Part shown: positions 38,387 through 50,599 of the stretch, one piece after another
Layout: each line of letters begins with the position of its first letter
How positions within the stretch are numbered: the stretch's first letter is position 1
From: Mustelus asterias
Lineage: Eukaryota
DNA: 63,827 nt
Assembly: GCF_964213995.1 (NCBI RefSeq)
Contig: NW_027590659.1
Span: forward strand, 124,001-187,827
Direction: 5' to 3'
Notes under the pieces: generated by a model
The model's input: the letters and a program-made list of their open reading frames with translations, nothing else
Told to the model about the DNA's origin: nothing
The model's database searches: none
Translations under genes and position numbers: made by a program

Positions 38387-41300
38387 CATACTCAACTCCC
38401 AACCGAGAATTGAACCCGGGTTCCTGGTGCTGTGAGGCAGCAGTGCTAAACACTGTCCACCATGTAGCCCTATCCCATGTATTGGGACACGGTGAAAAGT
38501 ATTGTTTCTTGCACGCTACACAGACAAAACATACCATTCATAGAGTCCATTTGGGAGAAGGAGAAGAGAGGGTGCAGAATACAGTGTTGCAGTTACCGAT
38601 AGGGTATAGAGAAAGATCAGCTTAATGTCTGGTAGGTCCACTCAAAAATTAACATTCTGACCAAACACTAAAGCTTTCCACAAAACAAGGCTCACAAATT
38701 CAACACCACTTTCCTTTGTCCGCTCTCCCATCATGCTGTGCGCGGAGTCTCTGATCGATGCTAAGGGCCTAGTATTTGAGGCTCTGAGCTGAACCCACAA
38801 TCTGTCTGATTCTGAGGGAAGATTACTGCCACTCAGATACAGCTGGCTGCAATATCCCCTTGAAATATATCTGTTGTGTACAGAGTCACATGTTTTTTTT
38901 TCCCTGTGTCTGCTGTCCTCAAAGAACTATTGAATAATCTAAACATCCGCATTAATTATCACAGAACAAGGCCAACATGATGGAATCGAGTATCAGGTTT
39001 AAAAGTTTATTTATTAGTGTCACAAGTAGGGTTACATTAACACTGCAATGAAGTTACTGTGGAAAATCCGTAGTCGCCATGCTCTGGCGCCTGTTTGGGC
39101 ACCTTGGGGAGAATTTAGCATGGCTGAGACACCTAACCAGCACGTCGTTCGAAATGTGGGAGGAAACCGCAGCACCCGGTGGAAACCCACGCAGACACGG
39201 GGAGAATGTACAAACTCCACACTGACAGTGACCCAAGCCAGGAATCAAACCCGGGTCCCTGGCGCTGTGAGGCAGCAGCGCTAACCACTGTGCTGCCCCT
39301 CATCGAAACATTGTGCAGTTGTGGATTGCACAGGATAGGAGGGATGTGATAGCACTGGAAAAGGTGCAGAGGAGATTCACCAGGATGTTGCCTGGCCTGG
39401 AGAGTTTTAGTTCATAGAATCATAGAATCCCTACAGTCCAGAATGAGGCCATTCAACCCATCAAATCTGCACGGACTCTTACCCAAGCTTACCCCGTAAC
39501 CCCACGTATTTTCCCGCTAATCCCCCTAACCTATACATCGTGGGACCCTCAGGGCAATTTTGCATGGACAATGCACCCGGAGGAAACCCACGCAGACACG
39601 GGGAGAATGTGCAAACTCCACACAGACAGTAACCCGAGGCCGGAATTGAACCCGGGTCCCTGGCGCTGTGAGGCAGCAGTGCTAACCACTGTGCTACCGT
39701 GCCGCCACTCGAACTGAAGAGAGATTTTATAGACTGAGGGTGTGATCTTACCACCTGTTGACGCCACACTCCCGCTCTGCGAGGTCGGAGAATCTGGTGA
39801 CCAGCCAAATCTCCTTTCACTGCAGTGGGATGGGAAAATCCTGCCGGTCTGAACGGTGATAAGATTCCACCCTGGGGTTGTTTTCCGTGGAGCAGAGGAG
39901 GCTGAGGGGGAACATGATGGAGATGGATAAGATTATGAGGGACATCAATAGAGTAGACGGGAAGAAAGCTTTCCCCTTGGTGGTGGGATCAATGACCAGG
40001 GGGTATAGATTTAGGGTAAGGGGCAGGAGGTTTACAGGGGATGTGAGGAAAACCTTTTTCACCCAGAGGGTGGTGGGAGTCTGGAACTCTCTGCCTGAAA
40101 GGGTGGTGGAGGCAGAGACCCTCAGAACGTTTATGAAGTGCTTAGCTATGCATTTGCAATGCCAAGGCTTACCAGGCCGTGAGCCAAGTTGGGTGATTTG
40201 TCTTTGACCAGCACAGATGCAATGGGCCGAAGGGCCTTTTCTGTTCTCCAGACCTCCATTGCTAAAACACAACCTCACTGACCCAGCTTCTGGTCATCCA
40301 TCCAAATCTCTCCCTCCGCAGCTCGGGGACAAATCCTGCCACGCAATCTTCCTTTGAAGTGGCTTTGGACATTTCATTCTCCGTGAGGACTTGTCCGGAT
40401 AGTGGCTGCTGTTGTTGTGTTTGTCTCAGTGTCAGCTCAGAAGCATGGACAACATGTTAGAAATGGCCGTCTCCCAGTGAGTGTGAGGACAGGGCAGGCT
40501 TTGAGCGAGGCCTGGGCCGCTCCCTGAAGGACACAGGGCCACCATTGTGCTTTTTGCTGACAAACAGAAAGCTTTCACCTCTCTCTCTCTCTCTCTCTCG
40601 TGTCTCATCTCACTCACATTCTGCCCCTTCCATTCACTCTGTGCTGCTTTCTGGAGGAGGCTGCCAGCTTTATCCGCCACAGAGCATCTGCCAACAAGAA
40701 CATCAGATGAAACCTTCCATTCCCCAAGTCCCTCTTTCCTCTCTGCTCCTCGCTGTCTTTCCGGAGGAAATGGGATGGGAAGCTGATGGGAAAAGATTTG
40801 CAGGGCTCCAGGGACAAGGTGGAGCAGTGGGACTGGCTCGATTGCTCTAGCAGAGAGTCGACACCAGCTGAATGGGCTGAATGGCCTCCTTCATTCTGTG
40901 GCTATTCTATGGTTGACACACAATAGATAGTCAATATCTTTTCCCAAAGGTAGGGGAGTCTAAAACTCGAGGGCATGGGTTTAAGGTGAGAGGGGAGAGA
41001 TACAAAAGTGTCCAGAGGGGCAATCTTTTCACACAGAGAGTGATGAGCGTCTGGAACAAGCTGCCAGAGATAGTAGTAGAGACGGACACAATTTTATCTT
41101 TTAAAAAGCATTTAGACAGTTACATAGGTAAGATAGATGTAGAGGGATATGGGCCAAATGTGGGGAATTGGGACCAGCTTAGGGGTTAAAAGAAAAAGGG
41201 CAGCATGACAAGTTGGGCCAAAGGGCCTGTTTCCATGCTGTAAACATCTACGACACTATGACAACTTGTCATTTGGGTCTCAACTTCAAGTTTCTAGGTG

Positions 41301-42419
41301 TCCAGATCACCAACAACCTGTCCTGGTCCCCCCATGCCGACACTATAATTGAGAAAGCCCACCAACACGTCTACTTTCTCAGGAGGCTGAGGAAATTTGG
41401 AATGTCAGCTACGACTCTCACCAACTTCTACAGATGCACCATAGAAAGCATCCTTTCTGTATCACGGCTTGGTCTGGTTTCTGCTCTGTCCAAGACTGCA
41501 AGAAATTACAAAAGGTCGTGAATGTAGCCCCGTCCATCACGCAGACTAGCCTCCCATTCATTGACTCTGTCTACACTTCCCGCGGCCTTAGAAAAGCAGC
41601 CAGCATAATTAAGGACCTCATGCACACATTCTCTCTTCCACCTTCTTCCGTCAGGAAAAAGATACAAAGTCTGAGATCACGTACCAACCGACACAAGAAC
41701 TTCCCTGCTGCCCTCAGACTTTTGAATGGACCTGCTACATATTAGATTTATCTTTCTCTACACCCTACCTATGACTGCAACACTACATTCTGCACCCTCT
41801 CTTTTACTTCTCCCCGATGTACTCTATGAACGGTATGTTTTGTCTGTACAGCATACAAGAAACAATACTTTTCACTGTATCCCAATACATGCGACAGTAA
41901 TAAATCAAATCAAATCAAAATCCTCCCTATTCTTTCCTCCACGATAGGTCGCAGCATTTAAAGAACACGCCCAGGGCCCAGTGCTGAGTCTGAGGGTATC
42001 TGACTACAGTAAGGTGAGTGATACAGGAGGGTCTCACTGTCTGAGGGAGGTGAGTCTTAGCCGGGGGGGTGCGTGAGTGACCCAGGTTAATCTGACACTC
42101 CAGGGACAGTTGGAATGGAGCTTTCCCCCGGGCTGTCCCCTCCCCGTGTCTGCGTGGGTTTCCTCCGGGTGCTCCGGTTTCCTCCCACAGTCTGAAAGAT
42201 GTGCCGGTTAGGGTGCATTGGCCGTGCTAAATTCCCCCTCAGTGTAACCCGAACAGGCGCCGGAGTGTGGGCGACTAGGGGATTCTCACAGTAACTTCAT
42301 TGTAGTGTTAATGTAAGCCTACTTCTGACACTAATAAATAAACTGAAACTGAAGGTCAAGGTGCTGCTGTGACAATGCACTCTTGTTTAAACACTCTGCA
42401 ATGCTGAGACTGGGAGAAG

Positions 42420-42880
42420 TGACCAACAGGGGGCAGCATTGCAGCTTCTGTCCCCCTATTGAAACTGGGATTGTTGCTCCATCTGCTGCACAATCCCAAC
42501 CCCATCCACTGGGGGCAATCTGGACAATGGCTGCAGGCAGACCTCACTGCGCGTGCGCCGCAATGACACCCACCGCCGGCGGCCATCTTGCGTTGCCAAG
42601 GGAGACGGCCAGCGGCCATATTCCGTTGCCAAGGGAGACGGCGGCCACCATCTTGCGTTGCCAGGGGAGACGGCATCAATGCGGCGGCGTCCCCGCGCGC
42701 TGACCTCTGGGAGCATTCCCGTCCCGCACATGCGCACAGGCAGCCCTTCCCCCTCGACTGACCCCCCCTGTTGTCCCGCCAACGAGCATGGGCCGGGCCG
42801 GAGTGGGTAAGAGGTGACACTGGGAGGAGCAGCCCCCCCGGGAGCGTTACAGCGACGCCTGGTGGCCAGGAAGGGCAATA
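42420..42880. promoter_or_regulatory. Second copy of the CpG-rich YY1/RFX/CTCF island, abutting the V cluster
   Basis: Paralog of 12,670-13,135; left CTCF core changed to CCAACAGGGGGCAG (42,423). Confidence 0.6.
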
Positions 42881-43000
42881 GCAGCAGCACAGTCTCTGCC
42901 CAAAGGCTTCCCCAGTTCAGCTGCTCAGAGACACTGGGAATGTCTTCAAGTGGAAACTTCAGCTTCTCACATTCACCCCCTGTGTTCAGTCATTGTTTCC

Positions 43001-43033
43001 TAGACAAAGTAGTGAAGAACATTGGGAGAACAT
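43001..43033 (-). pseudogene. Truncated TCR V leader exon (MFSQCSSLLCL...) with orphan upstream region to ~43,935
   Basis: Resembles the leader MCSLLCLL of the V at 48,913. The upstream CCAAT block (43,150-43,180) and CTCF block (43,830-43,935) match 49,030-49,060 and 49,710-49,815 at the same spacing. Ends at the duplication junction. Confidence 0.6.
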
Positions 43034-43959
43034 GCTTCCAGCTTAAGAATTCCACAAAATCAGCAGAATTGTAAAATTATGTCAACTCTTGTACTCTGAT
43101 GTGAAGAAGTAATTTTATATCATGGGCAGTCCTCATTTATTGGGAGACTAAGAGGCGTTACCCAATGACAGGATTGGCTTGTTGCTCAGTGTTGTCAAGA
43201 ATTGGCCACCGAACAACATTGGTTGTAGCCCAATAACTTTACCTGCTCCTGCCTGTCTTTCTCTGCGCCTCTGGTTCTCTGTTCACCTCGGTGTCCATCC
43301 TGCACTCTCAATATTTTGGCGGCTAATGTCTGTCTCCTCTCTCTGTGTCTCAAAGCCCCTCTCTCCCTCAACCGTTTTCCAGCAACGTGCAGAATTTAGA
43401 ACATGCAATTTCTCCCAGTCTCCTATTTCAATAAATTCCCCAAGCCCCATTAGGGGACAGCTGATATGTTAGCCAAAATATCATCATGACAACTCTGAGG
43501 AAAGTTTAAACTTGAAGCAGGTGCACTGAAATCCGACAATCTGTCAGATAAATGTGAGGTTGGAGTCAAATTTACATCCTTTCGATGTGTGGAGAGAACT
43601 TTAATAAGAGATCGAATCTTAGCAGTATTGCTGTGGTTTCAAATTTTGTAACACGAATATAGTTTAACAGAAAGGCCTGGAACATTCAAAACAGATAAAG
43701 CAATTAATTGATGAGGATTCAGACTGAAGTTCGTATTAGTTCCGTGCATGAGTCCACCTGAATTTAAGTATATTATAATAAGAATCATGAGAACAAGAAA
43801 AAATACAGCAGCAAAATCCTGCAACAAGATCTTCCAGTAATCTGAGAATTCACTGATCTCCCATTTACCTCACATCACCACCAGAGGGCGATCCCTCACC
43901 GTGTTTTTGTGATCACTGTTTCAGGAGCGGGTTCCATAACACATTGATATGTTGGGGAG

Positions 43960-44430
43960 CCACAATCCAAGAGAACAGGATGAATTATTCAATTACACAG
44001 TTAAAGGATAGAGAGCAGTAATGCAGGAGAACTCTGCTTTAATTGTTGGAATACACGATGATATGTAGCAGAGCAGTAATCTAAGAGAACTGGATTGCTT
44101 GTTGGATTACACAGTGAGATGTCACAGAGCAGTAATCAAGGAGAACTGGATTAATTGTTAGAATACACTGTAATATTTACAGAGCAGATATGGATGCTAA
44201 ATTTGCAGACAACACAAAGATAGGTAGGAAGATAAATGGTGAAGTGCGTGGAAGGATACGATAAAGAAACATAAGTAGGTTAAGTGAATTGGCAAAGCTC
44301 CGCCAAATTGAGTATAATGTGGTCAAATGTGAAAATGTCCATATTGGCAGGATGAATATAAAATACACTTAATATTTAAACGGTGAAAGATTACAAAATT
44401 CTGAGGTACAGAGGGATTGGGCTGTCCTCG
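43960..44430 (+). repeat. Degenerate 56-bp tandem repeat (~4 units) plus CR1 fragment; paralog of 59,605-60,235
   Basis: gagaactggattaattgtt..attacacagtga.atgtcacagagcagtaatc, followed by the same LINE piece (KFAD.TKIG.KING). Confidence 0.85.
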
Positions 44431-44532
44431 GGAGGGCTGTGTTGTTCACTGGATTTACTACAATAAAGTTTATAAAATGTCTATCTCATTGATGAAGCAC
44501 AGGCGACAAACTGTCAGGACTGCTCCTCTATA

Positions 44533-44571
44533 GGTTTTTGTACGACTCGCATTGATCTTTACAACACTGTG
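44533..44571 (-). other. 23-RSS of V1 (perfect consensus)
   Basis: CACAGTG (44,571-44,565), 23 bp, ACAAAAACC (44,541-44,533). Confidence 0.97.
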
Positions 44572-45088
44572 CCTCCACTGCACAGAAATAGGTAGCAGTG
44601 TCTGTCACCCGAGTGTCGCCGACACTCAGAGCGCTTCGTTTCTCTGCAACAATGTTCCGAGCCCTGATCCTGCCCTGATCGCTGGTACCGCTCACCAGGT
44701 GCTGCACGGTTCGGTCCGGGTATTGTCTGTACCATTGTAGGACCAGTCCAGCTGCTGTAGTGGAACAGTTCAACGATGCCAGGTCTCCCTCGGTAACCAC
44801 CACAGACTCTGGGGACTGTGATACCTCTTCACTACCAGCGGCATCTGGGAAGGATATGTAGATATGCAACAACATCATAAAATTAAAATCTCATACTGCA
44901 ATACAATGTTGCACAATAAAGTACAATTGGACGCATAATACAAGATAACAACAAAACAGAATACTATTTAACAGAACATAGCATCGCTAATGTGTGAAAT
45001 ATCGCTGTCAGAAATAGCGACCACACTTACACTGAGGGAAGAGTAAGAAATCCAGGGAGATGATCACTAAAGCGAAGCTGAGCTTCAT
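44572..45088 (-). CDS. TRAV: TCR alpha/delta variable segment V1; leader exon 45,088-45,031, V exon 44,844-44,572
   Basis: Leader MKLSFALVIISLDFLLFPQ|YAAGS, gtaagt donor, ttcccag acceptor; EEVSQSP...LNC...WYRQYP...DTATYFCAVE; 23-RSS. Alpha versus delta use cannot be told from germline sequence. Confidence 0.92.
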
Positions 45089-45452
45089 GTCGGATCCTAT
45101 CGACACCTGTAAAACACCTCCAATCAGCTTGGCTCATGTAGATCAGGCCCAGGACAGGGTGATTTGGTCGCTCGCCCTGTCTTGTCAGCCTGGATCTGAA
45201 ATGTCTCAACTTGTTGAGACTTTGAATTGGATTTGATTTGATTTGATTGAATTGGAAAAGTATTTTTAAAAAAGTTGTAGAAAGATCTCAGGACAGGAAA
45301 AGCTCCTGGGAAAGCAAAGCTATTGGACATGAATCTGAGCCCAACACCAGTTATACTCTCGCGACCAGAGCTGGATCTCTGGGACTTTTGATCAGGAAGT
45401 GAAATAGTGAGGGAGCTCCAGCATCGATAGGGTGTGGGGGAGGAGCGTGCGC

Positions 45453-45573
45453 AAGAGTCAGAGCGTCCCGCATTGTGACGTCAGAGCAACAGACATTGTG
45501 ACATCAGAGTATCCGCCTCTGTGACGTCAGAATGCGGGCATGTGAGGCGTCACCATGCAGCCCTTTGACGTCA
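45453..45573. promoter_or_regulatory. Phased CRE/ATF site array upstream of V1
   Basis: TGACGTCA at 45,476, 45,522, 45,566; TGACATCA at 45,499; half-sites at 45,453 and 45,545; ETS caggaagtg at ~45,393. Confidence 0.7.
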
Positions 45574-46989
45574 GTGGGTCTGGTCTGAGGGACAGAAACA
45601 TCTCTCCCGGAGCTGATCTGAATCTCCAGCCCTGAGTTTGTGGGAATTTACAACTGATCAGAAACTGGTTTAACCTGTAAACTGATTTGATGACGGATCT
45701 GCCGGTCTGATCGGATTCTGCAGTTAATTTTCTCAGTCATGGCTGGAAAATAAATGGGTGAATGTTGAGTCCGAGGTTAATGTGGTTCCCGCTGGGTGTG
45801 TGTTTTATGCGGCTGAGAACAGCACTGCTCACAGTGGCTGTATCTATCCAGATTCTAGCCTTTGTCTAACATCAAGTGTAATTTGCTAATCCTGCACTTG
45901 ATAGAAATCAATAAGGTTACATCGAGGTTTCGTTTGAATCAATTTTTAAAAAAACGCCATCTGGGCCTTTTTCTAAGATGAAGCTCAGGTCAAGCACTGG
46001 AAGAAATATAATACCTGCTCCAATCAGCTAGGATGTTGTTAATCAAGCCCAAGACTGGAAGAATGGGCCCTGTGTTGTCAGCTTCGATCTGCAATGTCTC
46101 TCTTGCAGCGACCTTTGAGTGGACCAATTCGGTTTTTGATTGGATATAACTAAAACAGAAAGCAGGCATCTCGGTCTTTGGGCTCGGATCAAGCATCAAA
46201 TCGAGCCCAAGATCTGGTGCGATGCTCTTTCATGTCAGCTTGGATTTTTTGCGAGGACCATGAATTAGATTCAATTTGAATTGGTTTTGGGGGCAATTAG
46301 GAGATGGATTCTGGCTTGGCCAGTCCGCTCTGCGCATTGGCTTTGCAACGTTAAGCAATTACTATTTTACAATCCAACAGACAGGAGCTCCCGAACACAA
46401 TGCAAAGTGCGGGGTTGGATTGGTTTCCATCATAAATTCCGTAAGTGAGTCCTTATTCGGATCATCTCTTCAGAGTCCAATTTCTCCAGCTGGAGATGGA
46501 GAGGTTTGGCTGCCTGACCGGTGCTGTTGCTGTTGTTTGTTTCACGATTGTCTGCAAACATGAGTAAGACTTCCTGCGAGCGCAGTTCAATATCATAAAG
46601 CTGATATTGATCAGTGAGTTCCAGAATAAAACAAAGACAATCCTTGCAATATCATGTTTGAAACTTGAAAAAAAAACTACTTCTGTTTCTGTCTCATCAT
46701 TTGAGGACAATAAGTAAGTGACATAATTTCCAGGACTCAGATCTGAAATACATGTTCAAACACGAATCAATCATATCGGAGTGTGTTTAAACTTTAGACT
46801 GAAATCGCGATTGGGAAATTACTTTAAATGTGTTTATTCCACAATTGCCTATCTGAAATTCCCCCTCCCCACCCCCAGAACACCCAGTTGCTGCCTTCCC
46901 ACATTGTCGCTGTTCTCTCTGTAAAAGGGAAGTTGAAGCAAGTAAAACCTCGTTCCAATCCGCACTCGCATTAAACTGCTATAGTGTCA

Positions 46990-47690
46990 CTGGATCCTCT
47001 CAGCTTACGTACACGCTGCCCTCGAAGCGGCTGCGGGGCTGATGAGACGCTCGCACACCTCCTTGTGGAATGTGCCTTTGCAAAGAAGGTCTGGAGTGAG
47101 ATGCAGTGGTATTTGTCGCGGTTCGTCCCGGGCAGCTCGGTGACGCAGGACTCTGTGCTCTACGGGCTGTTTCCGGGGACGCACACCGAAACAAACATCA
47201 ACTGCTGCTGGAGGGTCATCAACTCGGTGAAGGACGCGCTTTGGTCCGCCCGAAACTTGCTGATCTTCCAGCTGAAAGAATTGTCCTCGACCGAGTGTTG
47301 CAGACTGGCACATTCCAAGGTCCAGGACTAGGTGCTCAGGGACACGCTCAAGCTTGGGGCAGCCGCCGCCAAGGCACAATGGGGAAAGGCCACCGTGTAA
47401 AGCGTCTCAACCGAGGCAGACCGAGGGCCGGGTAACTGCAGAATACCCTCGGCCTGCATAACTGTGTGCCAACCTGAAAAATAACGGCACACAGTAAACT
47501 CGGACACATGTATATAGTTTTAAGAAATGAAATATAACAAAATGTAATGTTTTTGTAAATAAGCACTGTATTGTACTGTAAAAATGATTCTTTTTTGCAC
47601 TGTTTATGACTTTTGGATCTGTCATTTTGCAATGTTTTATTGGAGAGTTTTTTTTTGTGAATAAAGTATATTTTTGAAATTAAAAAAAAA
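46990..47690 (+). mobile_element. L1/Tx1-clade LINE 3' end with 3' UTR and A-rich tail
   Basis: CPRSGCGADETLAHLLVECAFAKKVW...ALWSARN is the C-terminal zinc-knuckle region of L1/Tx1 ORF2; aataaa and poly(A) at ~47,660-47,690. Confidence 0.85.
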
Positions 47691-48332
47691 CATGTGTCGC
47701 AGTGGTGTTTTTAGTCCTGTTGCAGGAGACCTGGATTTCAGTGAGCAGAAATATCCCAAGCTGAGATATAATCAGTGTGCTTGTGAGGAAAATCGCTACA
47801 TTGTTGGGGGCCAGGGGTGGGGATGAAGTCGCTGGTCTGATTATTGTAACAGAGAAACACTGGGTTGTGAATTGTGTCAGAAAACATTTGACAGACATTC
47901 AAAATGAGAATGAACATTGATGGCAACCTGTTCTCAGTGATTGTTTTAAATAGCACAATGACAACCTTGCGAAATGTATATGCCAATATAAGCTGTCCCT
48001 TAGGCAGCAAAATACTCTGATCAGATAGACCCTTTGATCAAAGAGACCTTGAAAAGGAGAGTGAAGATGGGGAAAGTGCTGCACAATAATTCACACAGGC
48101 AAGAAAATGTCATCAAAGGTTGAAGCGTGAGTTAAGGAACTGTAAATGTATTTTTAGTATAGTTGCAAGTTAAAAATTCAACTGTGGCTCAGCCGTTCGT
48201 GTTGAGTGTTGTGTTTTGTTTTGATATTTTGTTTCTGACCCTGTGACTATCACTGTCGAGACAAAATAATTATTTCTGTTTATCAGTGTGGGAGCGCCCT
48301 CTGCTGATCACTAACCGGAACTCCCAGTCTGG

Positions 48333-48370
48333 GGTTTTTGTGCGGGGTTCGCTACATCTGTACCAGTGTG
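48333..48370 (-). other. RSS of V2 (22-bp spacer)
   Basis: CACACTG, 22 bp, ACAAAAACC. Confidence 0.95.
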
Positions 48371-48913
48371 GGCTCCATGGCACAGAAATACACGGCGTTG
48401 TCGGACAGAACACCTCTGGCGATATTTAAAGGAACAGTATTGTTTCCTTTGTGCAAAGCAGCCGAGAATCTATCTGAGAAATCCGGAGACTTATCGGTAT
48501 TGCCCGAGCGATATATCTTCATCAAATATCTCAGAGATTGCCCGGGATACTGGATGTACCAGAACATAGTTTGAAAAGCAGCTGTCGAGCTTTTACAGTC
48601 CAGTGTTACGTTCTGTCCTTCCAGAACCGATAATTCAGATCGATCTTGAAACACTGAATCTTCAGCATTTGCCCCTGTAAGAAAACACAGAACACACTCA
48701 ATATCTGGGAGGGAAGAGAGCCCATGGGACAGACACTGATCGTTTAAACATTGACTCAAAAAAAGAAAATCCTCGAAATTTTCAGTAGATCTGACAACAT
48801 CTGTGAGAGGCGAACAGAGATAATGTTTCAAGTCAGGATGGCACTTTGTCAGAGTTTATTGACTCACCGGGCAGCAAGACCATTATTATCAGCAAACAAA
48901 GTAAGGAGCACAT
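48371..48913 (-). CDS. TRAV: TCR alpha/delta variable segment V2; leader exon 48,913-48,868, V exon 48,674-48,371
   Basis: MCSLLCLLIIMVLLP|GANA, gtgagt donor, cttacag acceptor; EDSVFQ...VTLDC...WYIQYPG...DNAVYFCAMEP; RSS. Confidence 0.94.
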
Positions 48914-50599
48914 GGTGTCTGGTTTCGGGTTCGGCAGAAATGAAGCAGTATTTGAAATGTGTTGACATTTCTGTTCTAATATTCAAGCGGAAATTCACAT
49001 CAGCGGAAACGTAATTTACTCAGAAATTATGGGGCGTTTCCCAGCGACAGGATTGGCCGCTTTCTCAGGATTGATGGTCGTCGGGCATCAATCAGCGTTA
49101 GCTCGACTAATAAGTTCTGAGTTTCTCTTTCTCCCTGTCTTTCTCAGATTCCCCTGCTCTCTCTTCGTTTGGAGCCTGTCTATCTCGCTCTGTTATTCCG
49201 CCTCTGTTTGTCTCGCCCCCATTGCTCTGCTTCTGACCGTCTCTGTCTTCGCACTGGCTCTCCATTCTTATCTTTCTCTCCTTCTCCCTAAAATTCAGAG
49301 TTCAGACAATCCGATTTCCCTCACTCTCCTATTTCAATGAATCCACTAAGTTACTCATTCTTTTGGTGCAACAAATGTAGAAAACGTTAATAACCAGAAG
49401 TTACGAGGTAACATTATGATGGAAATATTTAAATGTAAATAACTAAAGAAGATAGGAGATGAATGTGAATCCAGGGTCATATTTACATCTTGTGTTGTTA
49501 TTTTAGAAAAGGCATCTTATCGGAATCTTGAGGGCTTCATATTGTTTAGAATGAGTTTTATAACCACTATTAATTAAATAAAGCGAATCGCCAGCAATTA
49601 AAATAACGATGTTATTATCTCTCATGTATACGTTCAACTGTGTTCAATTGCATTGGAATAGTAAAAGGATTAACAAGAATAATGCAACATAATCACCAGT
49701 AGTAACGACCTTCTGTAATTTGAGAATTCGATGATTTTCCAGGAAATGACCAGTTACCTCAGATTGCCGCCAGATGGCGGTGCCTCACCATGTTTGTGTG
49801 TTTACTGCAGCGGGTCCGGGAAGCATAACTCGGCGGTTATGTTGTTGATCTGGTTTCCTAGGGCGTCCAGAAGCTCTCGGAAATAATCCTGTCGGTATCA
49901 TGTACTATGTTATATTATGTTGTGTTAAGGAATGAAGATGAACGAATGGAAAGACAGTGGGTGAACTCGAGGCCGAGACCGTGATAGAAGTCAAGGCACA
50001 GATTAGGAGGAACAGATGGAGTTACAGGGATATAAACACGAGGATCTTCATTATCTTCATTCCTTAGCTTGAAGCTTTCTGTGTTGCTGCATTTATTCCC
50101 CTCACGGGATCAACATCTAAATCCACTGTTGTACAAATCGCGTATTGTTTTATTTACAATCGCAACCCCCTGAAATCTACCGCGGAGGACGAAGAGTTCA
50201 GCGTCACCAGGTCACGCACAATGAGATTAGTGTTCTTGAGAAACCGTCACAATAAATAACATTCAATCTGAGCGTGTGAGGCCGATCAAATAAAACCGCA
50301 GACAGCTGAGGACTTTGGATCAGCATTCGATGGAGTTTAGAGAGATGAAGGGGGAATCTCATTGAAAAAGACAGCATACTGAAAATCCTGGACAGAGTGG
50401 ATGTGGAGAAGATATTTCCATTAGTAGGAGAATCTAGCACACGGCACACACCCCCAGAATAGAGGGACTGCACTAGAGAACCGATTTGACTTTAATGTCT
50501 CTTTCCCAGGTGACTGTTTGTGTGCCAGGCAACCATCTTATGTGTACCCATCTGTATATGGGTACACATAAGATGGGACTTAATAGACATTCAACCCCC

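Larger units (their letters stand above)
24966..43003 (+). repeat. Segmental duplication, copy 2 (carries the Gypsy insertion and a longer 52-bp array)
   Basis: Direct comparison with 1-13,258; the ORF track shows the same spurious ORFs twice with few substitutions. True left boundary cannot be seen. Confidence 0.97.
46131..50369 (-). repeat. Left arm of ~4.2 kb inverted duplication (contains V2)
   Basis: Reverse complement of 55,376-59,604; mirrored ORFs in the track (e.g. 47899-48084 vs 58180-58365). Confidence 0.96.

Noticed and set aside
44520-44534. CTCF-like cctatagaggagca immediately after the V1 nonamer
   Set aside because: Several mismatches in the core and different spacing from the V2/V3/V5 motif.
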